64,000 bases of DNA from NCBI GenBank assembly GCA_040384665.1, contig JAZKIY010000016.1, positions 11,334-75,333 on the forward strand. The letters are read 5' to 3'. The stretch comes from Pseudomonadota bacterium (GTDB lineage: Bacteria > Pseudomonadota > Gammaproteobacteria > Burkholderiales > Burkholderiaceae_C). Position numbers and translations under genes: made by a program. The notes under the pieces were generated by a model. It saw only the letters and a program-made list of their open reading frames with translations, made no database searches and had not been told where the DNA came from. This document shows, piece by piece, positions 31,276-40,645 of this stretch. Position 1 is the stretch's first letter. Every line of letters starts with the position of its first letter.

Positions 31276-32400
31276 ATGGACGTGAACACCCCTTTGCCGC
31301 TGCTGGGCGGCCTGACCGCACAGCAATTCATGCGGCGCCACTGGCAGAAAAAACCGCTGTTGATCCGCCAGGCCATTCCTGGCATGCGCCCGCTGCTGGA
31401 CCGGCAGGCGCTGTTTGCGCTGGCTGCCAGCGACGACGTCGAGTCCCGCCTGGTGGTGCGCCAGGGCGAGCGCTGGCGCATGCGCCAGGGGCCGTTTGCA
31501 CGCCGCGCCTTGCCGCCGCTGGCCCAGCCGGACTGGACGCTGCTGCTGCAGGGCATGGATTTGCACCACGACGGCCTGCACGACCTGCTGCAAGCCTTTC
31601 GTTTTGTGCCCGACGCCCGGCTGGACGACCTGATGGTCAGCTACGCCAGCGACGGCGGCGGGGTGGGCCCGCACTTTGACAGCTACGACGTGTTCCTGCT
31701 GCAGGCCGAAGGCCGCCGCCGATGGCGCATTGGCCGCCAGAAAGACCTGAGCCTGCGCGACGACGTGCCACTGAAAATCCTGGCCCATTTCGAGCCAGAG
31801 CAAGAGTTCGTGCTGGAGCCCGGTGACATGCTCTACCTGCCGCCGCGCTACGCCCACGACGGCGACGCGCAAGGCGCCTGCATGACCTACTCCATCGGCT
31901 TTCGTGCACCGTCCAAAGGCGAGATCGCCCGCGAACTGCTGCTGCGGTTGGCCGACGACGCCGACGACGCCACCCTCTACCGCGACCGCGACCAGCCCGC
32001 TGTGACCGACAGCGCCCGTTTGCCAGAGGGGTTGGAGGCGTTTGCCAAAGACGCCTTGCACGCCTTGCTCCAGGATGGCGAGGCCTTGCGCCGGTCGCTG
32101 GGCGAGTGGGCCACCGAGCCCAAACCCAGTGTGTGGTTTGACACTGCAGGCGACGGCGCCGCCCCCGACCTGTCCACCGGCATCCGGCTCGACCGCCGCA
32201 CACGCATGCAGTACGACGCGCAGCATGTGTTCATCAACGGTGAGAGCTTCCGGGCCGGTGGCCGCGACGCGCGCCTGATGCAGCAGTTGGCCCAGACGCG
32301 CCAACTCACAGCGGCCGATGCCCAACGCTTGAGCACCGATGCGGCCGAACTCGTCGCCACGTGGCAGCAATCGGGCTGGTTACATGCCCAAGCCCTGTGA
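31276..32400 (+). CDS. cupin-4/JmjC-type ribosomal protein oxygenase (RoxA/YcfD-like)
   Basis: FMRRHWQKKPLLIRQAIP N-terminus, GVGPHFDSYDVFLLQAEGRRRW iron-binding strand, and YLPPRYAHDG. Confidence 0.7.
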   Translation: MDVNTPLPLLGGLTAQQFMRRHWQKKPLLIRQAIPGMRPLLDRQALFALAASDDVESRLVVRQGERWRMRQGPFARRALPPLAQPDWTLLLQGMDLHHDGLHDLLQAFRFVPDARLDDLMVSYASDGGGVGPHFDSYDVFLLQAEGRRRWRIGRQKDLSLRDDVPLKILAHFEPEQEFVLEPGDMLYLPPRYAHDGDAQGACMTYSIGFRAPSKGEIARELLLRLADDADDATLYRDRDQPAVTDSARLPEGLEAFAKDALHALLQDGEALRRSLGEWATEPKPSVWFDTAGDGAAPDLSTGIRLDRRTRMQYDAQHVFINGESFRAGGRDARLMQQLAQTRQLTAADAQRLSTDAAELVATWQQSGWLHAQAL

Positions 32401-32567
32401 ACGTGAAATTACAGGTCCTGAACACTGGCAATCCGTGTTTCCCCGCGAATGCGGTGCGCATCGGTATAATTTGGCGGTTGAGTTAAAGAGTCTGGGTGCT
32501 TTTTTACTCACGACTCCGCCAGTCTGTTGGCATTTCCCGGGTTTTTCTTCCATTAAAGGACTTTCAA

Positions 32568-32774
32568 ATGAACAAATTGCTCGTTTTGGCTACGCTGGTT
32601 GCTGCTGTTTCCCTCGCCGCTTGCGGCAAGAAAGAAGAGCCGGCTCCTGCGCCAGCACCAGCACCCGTGGCAGCACCCGCTCCCGCGCCAGCACCTGAAG
32701 CAGCCGCTTCCGCAGCTTCGGCCGCCGATGCCGCAGCTTCTGCCACCGCAGCACCTGCTTCTGCCGCCAAGTAA
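32568..32774 (+). CDS. small Ala/Pro-rich lipoprotein
   Basis: ATG 32568 after AAAGGA. Signal plus lipobox MNKLLVLATLVAAVSLAAC, then a low-complexity AP/AS tail. Followed by a strong terminator. Confidence 0.6.
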   Translation: MNKLLVLATLVAAVSLAACGKKEEPAPAPAPAPVAAPAPAPAPEAAASAASAADAAASATAAPASAAK

Positions 32775-32786
32775 TTTCTTGCGCTG

Positions 32787-32818
32787 GAAAAAAGCCGGCC
32801 CTCGGGCCGGCTTTTTTG
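32787..32818. terminator. bidirectional rho-independent terminator
   Basis: aaaaaagccggcc-ctcg-ggccggctttttt, with an A-run and a T-run flanking an 8-bp GC stem. Lies between the convergent lipoprotein and MBL genes. Confidence 0.8.
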
Positions 32819-32831
32819 TGGGCGAATGGTT

Positions 32832-33611
32832 TCAGGGCAACACTGTGATCCAACCTGTGCCGCTGGCGGCATCGGCCAATGTGATGGTGCAGGGCGCGCT
32901 GTCCAAGGCGTCAACCAGGGCCTGCTGCACCAGCTCTGGTGTGTTGTTCTGCAAACTCAAATGGGCGGCCACCACCTGGCGCAGCGGGCCAGTGCGGAGT
33001 GTTTTCAGCAGGTGGGCGGCTTCTTCGTTCGCCAGGTGCCCAAGCCGGCCGGTGATGCGCTGCTTCAGGAACGGTGGGTAGGCGGACTGGGCCACCAGCG
33101 CCGGGTCGTGGTTGCATTCCAGCAGCAGCGCGTGGCAGGCCTGCAGGTGCTGGGTGACGTGGGCGGTGATGTGGCCCAGGTCGGTCAATACACCGAAGGT
33201 GAACTGGCCGTCGGTGCAGGTGAGCTGGAGCGGCTCGCGCGCGTCGTGTGGCACGGTGAAGGGCATGACCTGCAGGTCGCCCACCGCCAGCGGTTCGCCG
33301 TCGCGGGCGAGGCAGAGCCAGGGGTCGATCTCGGTGTGGTTCAGCGCGCTGCGGGTGCCCTGGCTCATCCACACGGGCAACTGCTCGCGAACGGCCAGCT
33401 GGCGCACACAACCGATGTGGTCGGCATGCTCGTGGGTGATGAAGACGGCGTCGAGGTCGGCGGTGCACAGGCCGGCCAGCGCCAGCCGCTGGTCGAGCTG
33501 GCGGATGCCGAAGCCGCAGTCCACCAGCAGGCGGCTGGTGCGACCGCCGGTGGTGGACTCGATGACGGTGGCGTTGCCCGTGCTGCCGCTGCCCAGGCTT
33601 TTGAAGCGCAT
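32832..33611 (-). CDS. MBL-fold metallo-hydrolase
   Basis: MRFKSLGSGSTGNA N-terminus and the FITHEHADHIG metal motif. Confidence 0.75.
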   Translation of the reverse strand: MRFKSLGSGSTGNATVIESTTGGRTSRLLVDCGFGIRQLDQRLALAGLCTADLDAVFITHEHADHIGCVRQLAVREQLPVWMSQGTRSALNHTEIDPWLCLARDGEPLAVGDLQVMPFTVPHDAREPLQLTCTDGQFTFGVLTDLGHITAHVTQHLQACHALLLECNHDPALVAQSAYPPFLKQRITGRLGHLANEEAAHLLKTLRTGPLRQVVAAHLSLQNNTPELVQQALVDALDSAPCTITLADAASGTGWITVLP

Positions 33612-33648
33612 CAGGTGGCGCCGGTGCCGTGGGGCGGCACCGGGGTGC

Positions 33649-34734
33649 TTACTTCAGGTCGTCGGCAATGACCTGCACGATGCGCTGGGCATTGGCCGAG
33701 GTCTCGGCCGCGCCGGTGGTGTTGAGCACCGACACGGTGGTCGCTTCGCCCTGGCTGCTGACCTTGATGCGGTACTTGAGTGGGGCTGCCCCGGACGACG
33801 AACTGCTGAACAACTTGCTGAAGAAGCCGCTTTCCTTCTTGTTGGCGGTGGGCTCGACATAGCGCACAAAGTAGGTGCCTTGCGAACGGTCGCGGTCTTC
33901 GACGGTGAAGCCGGTGCGGTCCAGCGCCAGGCCGACACGGCGCCAGGCGCGGTCAAAGCCCTCGTCGATCTGCAGTTGCGGCTGGTTGTTGGTGTTGACG
34001 ATCCGCGTGCCGGCGCGCGCGGCACCGGCGGTGGCCAACGTGCGCGACTGCTCTTGCGTCACGCCGAGCTTGACCATCAGGCGGCGCAGGAATTCGGTTT
34101 CCAGTTCCGGGTCGGCCGGGCGTGGCTGCCAGATGGTTTCGGTTTTCTGGGCGCCGTCGCGGTAGACCTCGACAAAACCACGGTGGCTGATGTAAATCTC
34201 GGTGTTGCCGGTGGGGGTGCGCTCGATGCGGGTGCGGAACTTGTCGCGCTCGCCGCTGGAGTAGACGTTTTCGAACACCTTGCCGATGGTGCTGCGGATG
34301 AAATCTTGCGGGATCTTGGCGCGGTTCTCGGCAAAGTCGGTTTCCATGATGCCGAGGTTCTGCTGGTCCAGCGTCAGCAGGAAACCGCTTTCCTGCCAGA
34401 AGTCGCGCACTGGGCTCCAGAGCTGTTCGGCCGGGCGGTTGACCACCAGCCAGCGCTGGTTGCCGGCGCGTTCGATGCGCACGTCGCCCACCGCAATGGC
34501 CGCCGTGGGCACCGAGGTGTTGGTTTGTCCGGCCTGGAAGCCGGTGGCGGTGACCACGCTGCCGGGCACCAGGTAGCGGGAGTCGCGCGAGAGTTGGGAC
34601 AGGTCGGGCGGCACGTCGAGCGACGGGGCCTTGCCCGCGCTCTTGTAGTCAATCTTGTCGCCTTCCAGCACGCTGCAGGCGGTGAGTGCGAGCAGCAGCA
34701 GGCTCAGGCCGCCGATTTTGGTCAGTTGGTTCAC
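33649..34734 (-). CDS. bamC: outer membrane protein assembly factor BamC (NlpB)
   Basis: GTG 34734 after GAGGA. Lipobox LLLALTAC and an LWSPVRDFWQESGFLL...METDFAENRAKIPQD region. Located directly downstream of dapA. Confidence 0.7.
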   Translation of the reverse strand: MNQLTKIGGLSLLLLALTACSVLEGDKIDYKSAGKAPSLDVPPDLSQLSRDSRYLVPGSVVTATGFQAGQTNTSVPTAAIAVGDVRIERAGNQRWLVVNRPAEQLWSPVRDFWQESGFLLTLDQQNLGIMETDFAENRAKIPQDFIRSTIGKVFENVYSSGERDKFRTRIERTPTGNTEIYISHRGFVEVYRDGAQKTETIWQPRPADPELETEFLRRLMVKLGVTQEQSRTLATAGAARAGTRIVNTNNQPQLQIDEGFDRAWRRVGLALDRTGFTVEDRDRSQGTYFVRYVEPTANKKESGFFSKLFSSSSSGAAPLKYRIKVSSQGEATTVSVLNTTGAAETSANAQRIVQVIADDLK

Positions 34735-34751
34735 TTGGGTGTCCTCGGTTC

Positions 34752-35633
34752 TCAAATCAGACCGCACTGGCTGAGCGCGGCTTCCACCACCGGCTGGCTG
34801 GCTGGGGTCAAAGGGGTCATGGGCAGGCGCAGGGTGCCGCCGCAGCGGCCCATGCGGGCCAGCGCCCATTTCACGGGAATCGGGTTGGCTTCCACAAACA
34901 GATGCCGGTGCAGCGGCATGAGTTCCATCTGCAGGGCCATGGCCTCGCGCACGTTGCCGGCAATGGCGGCCATGCACAGCTGGTGCATTTTCTTAGGCGC
35001 CACGTTGGCGGTGACGCTGATGTTGCCCTGGCCACCGCAGAGCATCAGCGCCACGGCGGTGGGGTCGTCACCCGAGTAGATGGCAAAGCCTTTGGGCGCT
35101 TCGCGGATCAGCCACTGGGCGCGTTCGATGTTGCCGGTGGCTTCCTTGATGCCAATGATGCCGGGCACCTGGGCCAGGCGCATCACCGTGTCTTGCAGCA
35201 TGTCGGCCACGGTGCGACCGGGCACGTTGTACAGCACCGTGGGCAGGTCCACCGCTTCGGCAATCGCCTTGAAGTGCAGGTACTGGCCTTCTTGTGTGGG
35301 CTTGTTGTAGTAGGGCACGACCTGCAGCTGGCAGTCGGCGCCGACCTTCTTGGCAAAGCGCGCCAGCTCAATGGCCTCGGTGGTGGAGTTGGCCCCGCAG
35401 CCGGCCATGATGGGCACGCGCTTGGCGGCCTGCTCAACCGAGACGCGGATGATCTCGCAATGCTCTTCCACATTGACTGTGGGCGACTCGCCGGTGGTGC
35501 CGACCACGCCAATGCAGTCGGTGCCTTCGGCGATGTGCCAGTCGATCAGACTGCGCAGTGTGGGGTAGTCCACGCTGCCGTCTTCATGCAGGGGGGTGAC
35601 GAGCGCAACAATGCTGCCGGTGATGGGTGTCAT
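34752..35633 (-). CDS. dapA: 4-hydroxy-tetrahydrodipicolinate synthase
   Basis: ATG 35633 within ORF 34752..35678. [11 protein letters not shown] and [11 protein letters not shown] motifs. Confidence 0.9.
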   Translation of the reverse strand: MTPITGSIVALVTPLHEDGSVDYPTLRSLIDWHIAEGTDCIGVVGTTGESPTVNVEEHCEIIRVSVEQAAKRVPIMAGCGANSTTEAIELARFAKKVGADCQLQVVPYYNKPTQEGQYLHFKAIAEAVDLPTVLYNVPGRTVADMLQDTVMRLAQVPGIIGIKEATGNIERAQWLIREAPKGFAIYSGDDPTAVALMLCGGQGNISVTANVAPKKMHQLCMAAIAGNVREAMALQMELMPLHRHLFVEANPIPVKWALARMGRCGGTLRLPMTPLTPASQPVVEAALSQCGLI

Positions 35634-35702
35634 GTCCACGATGGGTTGCTGGGTCGATGGGGGCCCCAGGAAACACACCTTGGGGCCGACTCGGCATTCT
35701 AC

Positions 35703-36284
35703 CTAGAGCCGGTAGGCCTTTTGTGTGTCTTCCGGGTGCAGGGCCGTGGCTTCGTTCACCGCCACGATGCGCTGCACAAAACGGTCGGGCTGGGGCAGGA
35801 AGCCGGCCTCGTAGGCCACCACCCGCAGGCCCTGGCACAGCGCCAGCAACTCGCCCGGCCGCAGCAGGAAGTCTGGTCGCGAGGGTTTGCCCACGGTTTC
35901 GTTGCCCAGGGCAAAGGTTTCGTACAGCAGCACGCCGCCCGGGGCCAGGCTGGCCAGCAGGGTGGGCAGCAGCGGGCGCCAGAGGTAGTTGGTGACGACC
36001 ACCGCGTCAAACCTGCGCGGCTGTTCGCCGTGCACGAAGGGCCAGGGGCCGTTCTCGATGTCGGCCAACACGGCTTCGCCCAGGCCGGCCACGGCCGCCA
36101 CCGCCTCGGGGGAACGGTCCACGCCGGTGACCATGTGGTCAAGGCTGGCCAACCAGCGCATGTGGCGGCCATGGCCACAGGCCACGTCCAGCACGCTGCC
36201 GCCGGCGGGAATCAGGTGCGACCAGCGTTGTACCCAGGTGGAGGGGGGTTCGGTGCCATGTGGGTTTGGGGGAGAAGTGGTCAT
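35703..36284 (-). CDS. class I SAM-dependent methyltransferase
   Basis: 193 aa with SAM motif I VLDVACGHGRHMRWLA. The start overlaps the SDR stop (ATGA). Confidence 0.7.
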   Translation of the reverse strand: MTTSPPNPHGTEPPSTWVQRWSHLIPAGGSVLDVACGHGRHMRWLASLDHMVTGVDRSPEAVAAVAGLGEAVLADIENGPWPFVHGEQPRRFDAVVVTNYLWRPLLPTLLASLAPGGVLLYETFALGNETVGKPSRPDFLLRPGELLALCQGLRVVAYEAGFLPQPDRFVQRIVAVNEATALHPEDTQKAYRL

Positions 36285-37093
36285 CGAGGTTTGACGTTGT
36301 CGTTCAGGGCCGCCAGCGCCATCTTGTCCACCAGCGCGGGCCAGAGGAATTTGAGCACACGGGCCAGCTTGTCGCGCGGCGTCATCAGCACCTCGCGTTG
36401 GCGGCGTTCCAGCCCGGTCAGCATCAGCTGCACGCAGGTGGCCACTGGCATGGCCTTGTCTTCTTTCAGGCCGCTGGTGCCAGCGGGCTGGCCGGCGGCG
36501 TTGAAGCCACGGCGGCGGATGTCTGTCGCCACCACGCCGGGGTAGGCGATGGTGACGCTGACGCCTGCACCCAACAACTCGGTGCGCAGCGCTTCAAAAA
36601 AGCCGGTCATCGCGAACTTGGTGGCGCTGTAGGCGGTGCGGCCCGGCACGCCCACCAGCCCGGCCAGGGACGACACTGCCAGGATGCTGCCACGCGTCGC
36701 CTTGAGGTGCGGCAGCGCCGCGTGCGTGCACCAGACGCTGCCCCAGTGGTTGATGCGCATCAGCGTTTCGTACCAGGCCAGGTCGGCGGCCTGCACATCG
36801 GCCAGCAGCGCCTGGGCCGACATGCCGGCGTTGTTGACCAGCACGTCGATGCGGCCAAAGCGGGCCACGGCAGCGTCAATCAGGGCGCGGCACTGCGGCT
36901 CGACCGACACGTCGGCCGGCACCACCAGCGTTTGCGCGCCCAGCGCCTCGCACGACGCCGCCACCGCCGCGAGCGCATTGGCGTTGCGGGCGGCCAGCAC
37001 CAGTGCGCAGGCACCGCCATGGGTGGCGGCCAGCTGGCGCGCCATCTCGGCGCCCAGGCCTTCCGATGCGCCGGTAATCACTATTGTTTTCAT
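36281..37093 (-). CDS. short-chain dehydrogenase/reductase (SDR)
   Basis: ATG 37093. MKTIVITGASEGLG cofactor motif and the YSATKFAMTGF catalytic YxxxK. Confidence 0.8.
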   Translation of the reverse strand: MKTIVITGASEGLGAEMARQLAATHGGACALVLAARNANALAAVAASCEALGAQTLVVPADVSVEPQCRALIDAAVARFGRIDVLVNNAGMSAQALLADVQAADLAWYETLMRINHWGSVWCTHAALPHLKATRGSILAVSSLAGLVGVPGRTAYSATKFAMTGFFEALRTELLGAGVSVTIAYPGVVATDIRRRGFNAAGQPAGTSGLKEDKAMPVATCVQLMLTGLERRQREVLMTPRDKLARVLKFLWPALVDKMALAALNDNVKPR

Positions 37094-37149
37094 AGCTGAA
37101 CCTCTAGGTTTCACTAAGGCTGGAGGCCGAAAAGACTTGAAAAATGCGG
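37080..37149 (+). repeat. low-GC palindromic element, copy B (forward), abutting the SDR start codon
   Basis: Hairpin (a)ctattgttttcatagc plus core atagctgaacctctaggtttcactaaggctgga (37092-37124). Confidence 0.8.
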
Positions 37150-37314
37150 TTCAAGGCTCAAAAACAGGCCCACACCTGGTTCGCCACCGTGAAAAAGAAG
37201 TCGGGCTGGGTGTAGAGCGAAAACACCGCCAGCAGCACCCCCAACACCAGCACGATGCCCGCCCCGCGCCGCAGCAGTGCGCGGCGCTGGCTGGGGCTGT
37301 GCATCCGGCGCATC

Positions 37315-38535
37315 TCAGTGCGCCGGGCTGGGCGACAGCCGGGCGATGGCGGTTTCCTTGATCGGCAGGTTCAGCAGGCCCGCCAGCACGCCCAGCGCAA
37401 TGGTGATGCCCCAGACCACGTCGTAGCTGCCGGTGCGGTCGTACAGAAAACCGCCGAGCCAGACGCCGAGGAACGAGCCAATCTGGTGGGCGAAAAACAC
37501 AAACCCGCCGAGCATGGACAAATGCTGGATGCCAAAAATCTGCGCCACCATCGCGTTCGTCACCGGCACGGTGGAGAGCCACAGCAGGCCCATCACCGCC
37601 GAGAAGATGTAGACCGACATCGGCGTCAGCGGCAACAGCAAAAAGAGGCCAATCACCACCGTGCGTGCAAAGTAGATGAAGGCCAGTATCTTGCGCTTGG
37701 CCAGCTTCTGGCCCAGGGCCCCGGCAATGTAGGTACCAAACACATTGAACAGGCCAATCAGCGCCAGCGAGTAGCTCGCCACCTGCGGTGTGAGGCCGTG
37801 GTCACGCAAATAGCTGGGCATGTGCACACCAATGAACACCACCTGGAAGCCGCAGACAAAGTAGCCCAGCATCAGCAGCTGGAAGCTGGGGTATTTCAAG
37901 GCCTCGGTCAGCGCCTGTGCAATGGTTTGCTGCCGCGCTGGCGCGGCGTTGCCGGCAAAACCCGGTTCGCGCAGGCCCCAGGCCAGCGGGACGATCAGCA
38001 GCGCGGCCATGCCCAGCAGCACCAGCGCCAGTTGCCAGCCCATGGTGCTGATCAAAAAGCCTTCGGTTGGCACCATCAAAAACTGGCCGAACGAGCCCGC
38101 TGCGGCGGCAATGCCCATCGCGTTGGAGCGCTTCTCGGGCGCGACGTTGCGGCCAATCACGCCGTAGATCACCGCGTAGGTGGTGCCGGCCTGCGCCACG
38201 CCGATCATCACCCCCGCGCTGAGTGCAAACAGCAGCGGTGTGGGCGAATACGCCATGCCCACCAGGCCCAGCGCGTACAGCACCGCCCCGGCAACGATGA
38301 CGCGGAAGGCGCCAAACCGGTCGGCCAGCATGCCGGCAAAAATGCCGGCCACGCCCCAGGCCAGGTTCTGGATCGCCAGCGCAAAGGCGAAGTTCTCGCG
38401 CGTCCAGCCTTGGTCTTGCGTGATCGGTTGCAGCCACAGGCCAAAGCCGTGGCGAATGCCCATCGACAGGGTGACGATGGCGGCGCCGCAGACCAGCACC
38501 TGCGTCATGGACAGGGGTTTGTGGGGAGAAGTCAT
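37315..38535 (-). CDS. MFS transporter
   Basis: 406 aa with about 12 hydrophobic segments and a GMLADRFG loop motif. Confidence 0.8.
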   Translation of the reverse strand: MTSPHKPLSMTQVLVCGAAIVTLSMGIRHGFGLWLQPITQDQGWTRENFAFALAIQNLAWGVAGIFAGMLADRFGAFRVIVAGAVLYALGLVGMAYSPTPLLFALSAGVMIGVAQAGTTYAVIYGVIGRNVAPEKRSNAMGIAAAAGSFGQFLMVPTEGFLISTMGWQLALVLLGMAALLIVPLAWGLREPGFAGNAAPARQQTIAQALTEALKYPSFQLLMLGYFVCGFQVVFIGVHMPSYLRDHGLTPQVASYSLALIGLFNVFGTYIAGALGQKLAKRKILAFIYFARTVVIGLFLLLPLTPMSVYIFSAVMGLLWLSTVPVTNAMVAQIFGIQHLSMLGGFVFFAHQIGSFLGVWLGGFLYDRTGSYDVVWGITIALGVLAGLLNLPIKETAIARLSPSPAH

Positions 38536-38674
38536 GCCGTGAATGTAGCGATTTCGGCCCGTGGCCGCTGACGCCTGCGTGGCAACGCGCGGGCGGCGTG
38601 CATTCGGGAACTGTGGTTATGTCCAGTTGTTTGGTGCCGGGCGGTCTACAATGCGCCGCAACCTCCCAGGACCC

Positions 38675-40645
38675 ATGGCCACCAAACCCCCCAGCGATTA
38701 CTCCGAAAGTTCGATCCGCGTGCTCAAGGGCCTGGAGCCCGTCAAGCAGCGGCCGGGCATGTACACCCGCACCGACAACCCGCTGCACGTCATCCAGGAA
38801 GTGCTGGACAACGCGGCCGACGAGGCGCTGGCCGGCCACGGCAAAAAGATCAAGGTCACACTGCACGCCGACGGCTCGGTCGGCATTGATGACGACGGCC
38901 GCGGCATCCCGTTTGGCCTGCACCCGGAAGAAAAAGCGCCGGTGATCGAGCTGGTCTTCACCCGGCTGCACGCCGGGGGCAAGTTTGACAAGGGCAAGGG
39001 CGGCGCCTACAGCTTTTCCGGTGGCCTGCACGGCGTGGGTGTGAGCGTCACCAACGCGCTCGCCACCCGGCTGGAGGCCACCAGCTACCGCGAAGGCCAG
39101 GCCGCCCGGCTGGTGTTCTCGGCCGGCGACGTGGTTGAGCCCCTGGTGGCCCGGCCGCAGGGCGAGGGCGACCGCAAGCAGGGCACCAGCGTGCGCGTCT
39201 GGCCCGACGCCAAGTACTTCGAGTCCAGCGCGCTGCCCATGGCCGAGCTGACGCATTTGCTGCGCAGCAAGGCGGTGCTGATGCCGGGCGTCAGCGTCAC
39301 GCTGGTGGTAGAAAAAACCAAAGACAGCCAGACCTGGCTCTACAAAGGCGGCCTGCGCGACTACATGATGCAGACGCTGACCGGCGAGCCGGTGATCCCG
39401 CTGTTTGAAGGCGAGGGTTTTGCCGACAGCGGCAACGACAACTTTGCCGAAGGCGAGGGCGCCCAGTGGTGCGTGGCCTTCACCGAAGACGGTGCCCCGG
39501 TGCGCGAAAGCTACGTCAACCTGATCCCCACCAGCGCCGGTGGCACCCACGACAGCGGCCTGCGCGACGGCCTGTTCACCGCGGTGAAAAGTTTCGTGGA
39601 CCTGCACAGCCTGCTGCCCAAGGGCGTGAAGCTGCTGCCCGAAGACGTGTTCGCCCGCGCCAGCTACGTGCTTTCCGCCAAGGTGCTGGACCCGCAGTTC
39701 CAGGGCCAGATCAAGGAACGCCTCAACTCGCGCGACGCGGTGCGCCTGGTCTCCAGCTTTGTGCGGCCCACGCTGGAGCTGTGGCTGAACCAGCACGTGG
39801 AGTACGGCAAGAAGCTGGCCGAACTCGCCATCAAGGCCGCGCAAACGCGCCAGCGCGCCGGCCAGAAGGTGGAGAAGCGCAAAGGTTCCGGCGTGGCCGT
39901 GTTGCCCGGCAAGCTGACCGACTGCGAGAGCCGCGACATTGCCCACAACGAGGTGTTTCTGGTCGAGGGCGACTCCGCCGGTGGCAGCGCCAAGATGGGC
40001 CGCGACAAAGAAAGCCAGGCGATATTGCCGCTGCGGGGCAAGGTGCTCAACACCTGGGAAGTGGAGCGCGACCGGCTGTTTGCCAACACCGAAATCCACG
40101 ACATCGCGGTGGCGATTGGCGTCGATCCGCACGGGCCGAACGACACGCCCGATTTGACCGGCCTGCGCTACGGCAAGGTCTGCATCCTCAGCGATGCCGA
40201 TGTGGACGGCTCGCACATCCAGGTGCTGCTGCTGACCTTGTTCTTCCGGCACTTCCCCAAGCTCATCGAGACCGGCCATGTGTACGTGGCGCGGCCACCG
40301 CTGTTCCGGGTGGACGCGCCCGCCCGCGGCAAAAAACCCGCCGCCAAGTTCTACGCGCTGGACGAAGGCGAACTCACCGCCACGCTGGACAAGCTGCGCA
40401 AGGAAGGCGTGAAAGAGGGCGCCTGGAGCATCAGCCGCTTCAAGGGCCTGGGCGAGATGAACGCCGAGCAGCTGTGGGACACCACGCTCAACCCCGACAC
40501 CCGCCGCCTGCTGCCGGTGCAGTTGGGCAGCATTGACTTTGCGCAGACCGAAAACCTCATCACCCAGCTGATGGGCAAAGGCGAAGCCGCTGCCCGCCGT
40601 GCGCTGATGGAGCTGCACGGCGATGCGGTGGAGGTGGACGTTTGA
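38675..40645 (+). CDS. parE: DNA topoisomerase IV subunit B
   Basis: ATG 38675 within ORF 38561..40645. GLEPVKQRPGMYT, GLHGVGVSVTNALA and EGDSAGGSAK motifs. Paired with parC. Confidence 0.9.
   Translation: MATKPPSDYSESSIRVLKGLEPVKQRPGMYTRTDNPLHVIQEVLDNAADEALAGHGKKIKVTLHADGSVGIDDDGRGIPFGLHPEEKAPVIELVFTRLHAGGKFDKGKGGAYSFSGGLHGVGVSVTNALATRLEATSYREGQAARLVFSAGDVVEPLVARPQGEGDRKQGTSVRVWPDAKYFESSALPMAELTHLLRSKAVLMPGVSVTLVVEKTKDSQTWLYKGGLRDYMMQTLTGEPVIPLFEGEGFADSGNDNFAEGEGAQWCVAFTEDGAPVRESYVNLIPTSAGGTHDSGLRDGLFTAVKSFVDLHSLLPKGVKLLPEDVFARASYVLSAKVLDPQFQGQIKERLNSRDAVRLVSSFVRPTLELWLNQHVEYGKKLAELAIKAAQTRQRAGQKVEKRKGSGVAVLPGKLTDCESRDIAHNEVFLVEGDSAGGSAKMGRDKESQAILPLRGKVLNTWEVERDRLFANTEIHDIAVAIGVDPHGPNDTPDLTGLRYGKVCILSDADVDGSHIQVLLLTLFFRHFPKLIETGHVYVARPPLFRVDAPARGKKPAAKFYALDEGELTATLDKLRKEGVKEGAWSISRFKGLGEMNAEQLWDTTLNPDTRRLLPVQLGSIDFAQTENLITQLMGKGEAAARRALMELHGDAVEVDV

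Noticed and set aside
33112-36545. 655-aa and 619-aa plus-strand ORFs (33112..35079, 34686..36545)
   Set aside because: They are antisense to the MBL, bamC, dapA, methyltransferase and SDR genes, which carry clear family motifs. The shadow products are repetitive and G/A/R/V-rich.
37802-40618. 938-aa minus-strand ORF
   Set aside because: It is antisense to parE and overlaps the MFS gene. It has no motifs and a biased composition, whereas parE on the plus strand has clear GyrB/ParE signatures.
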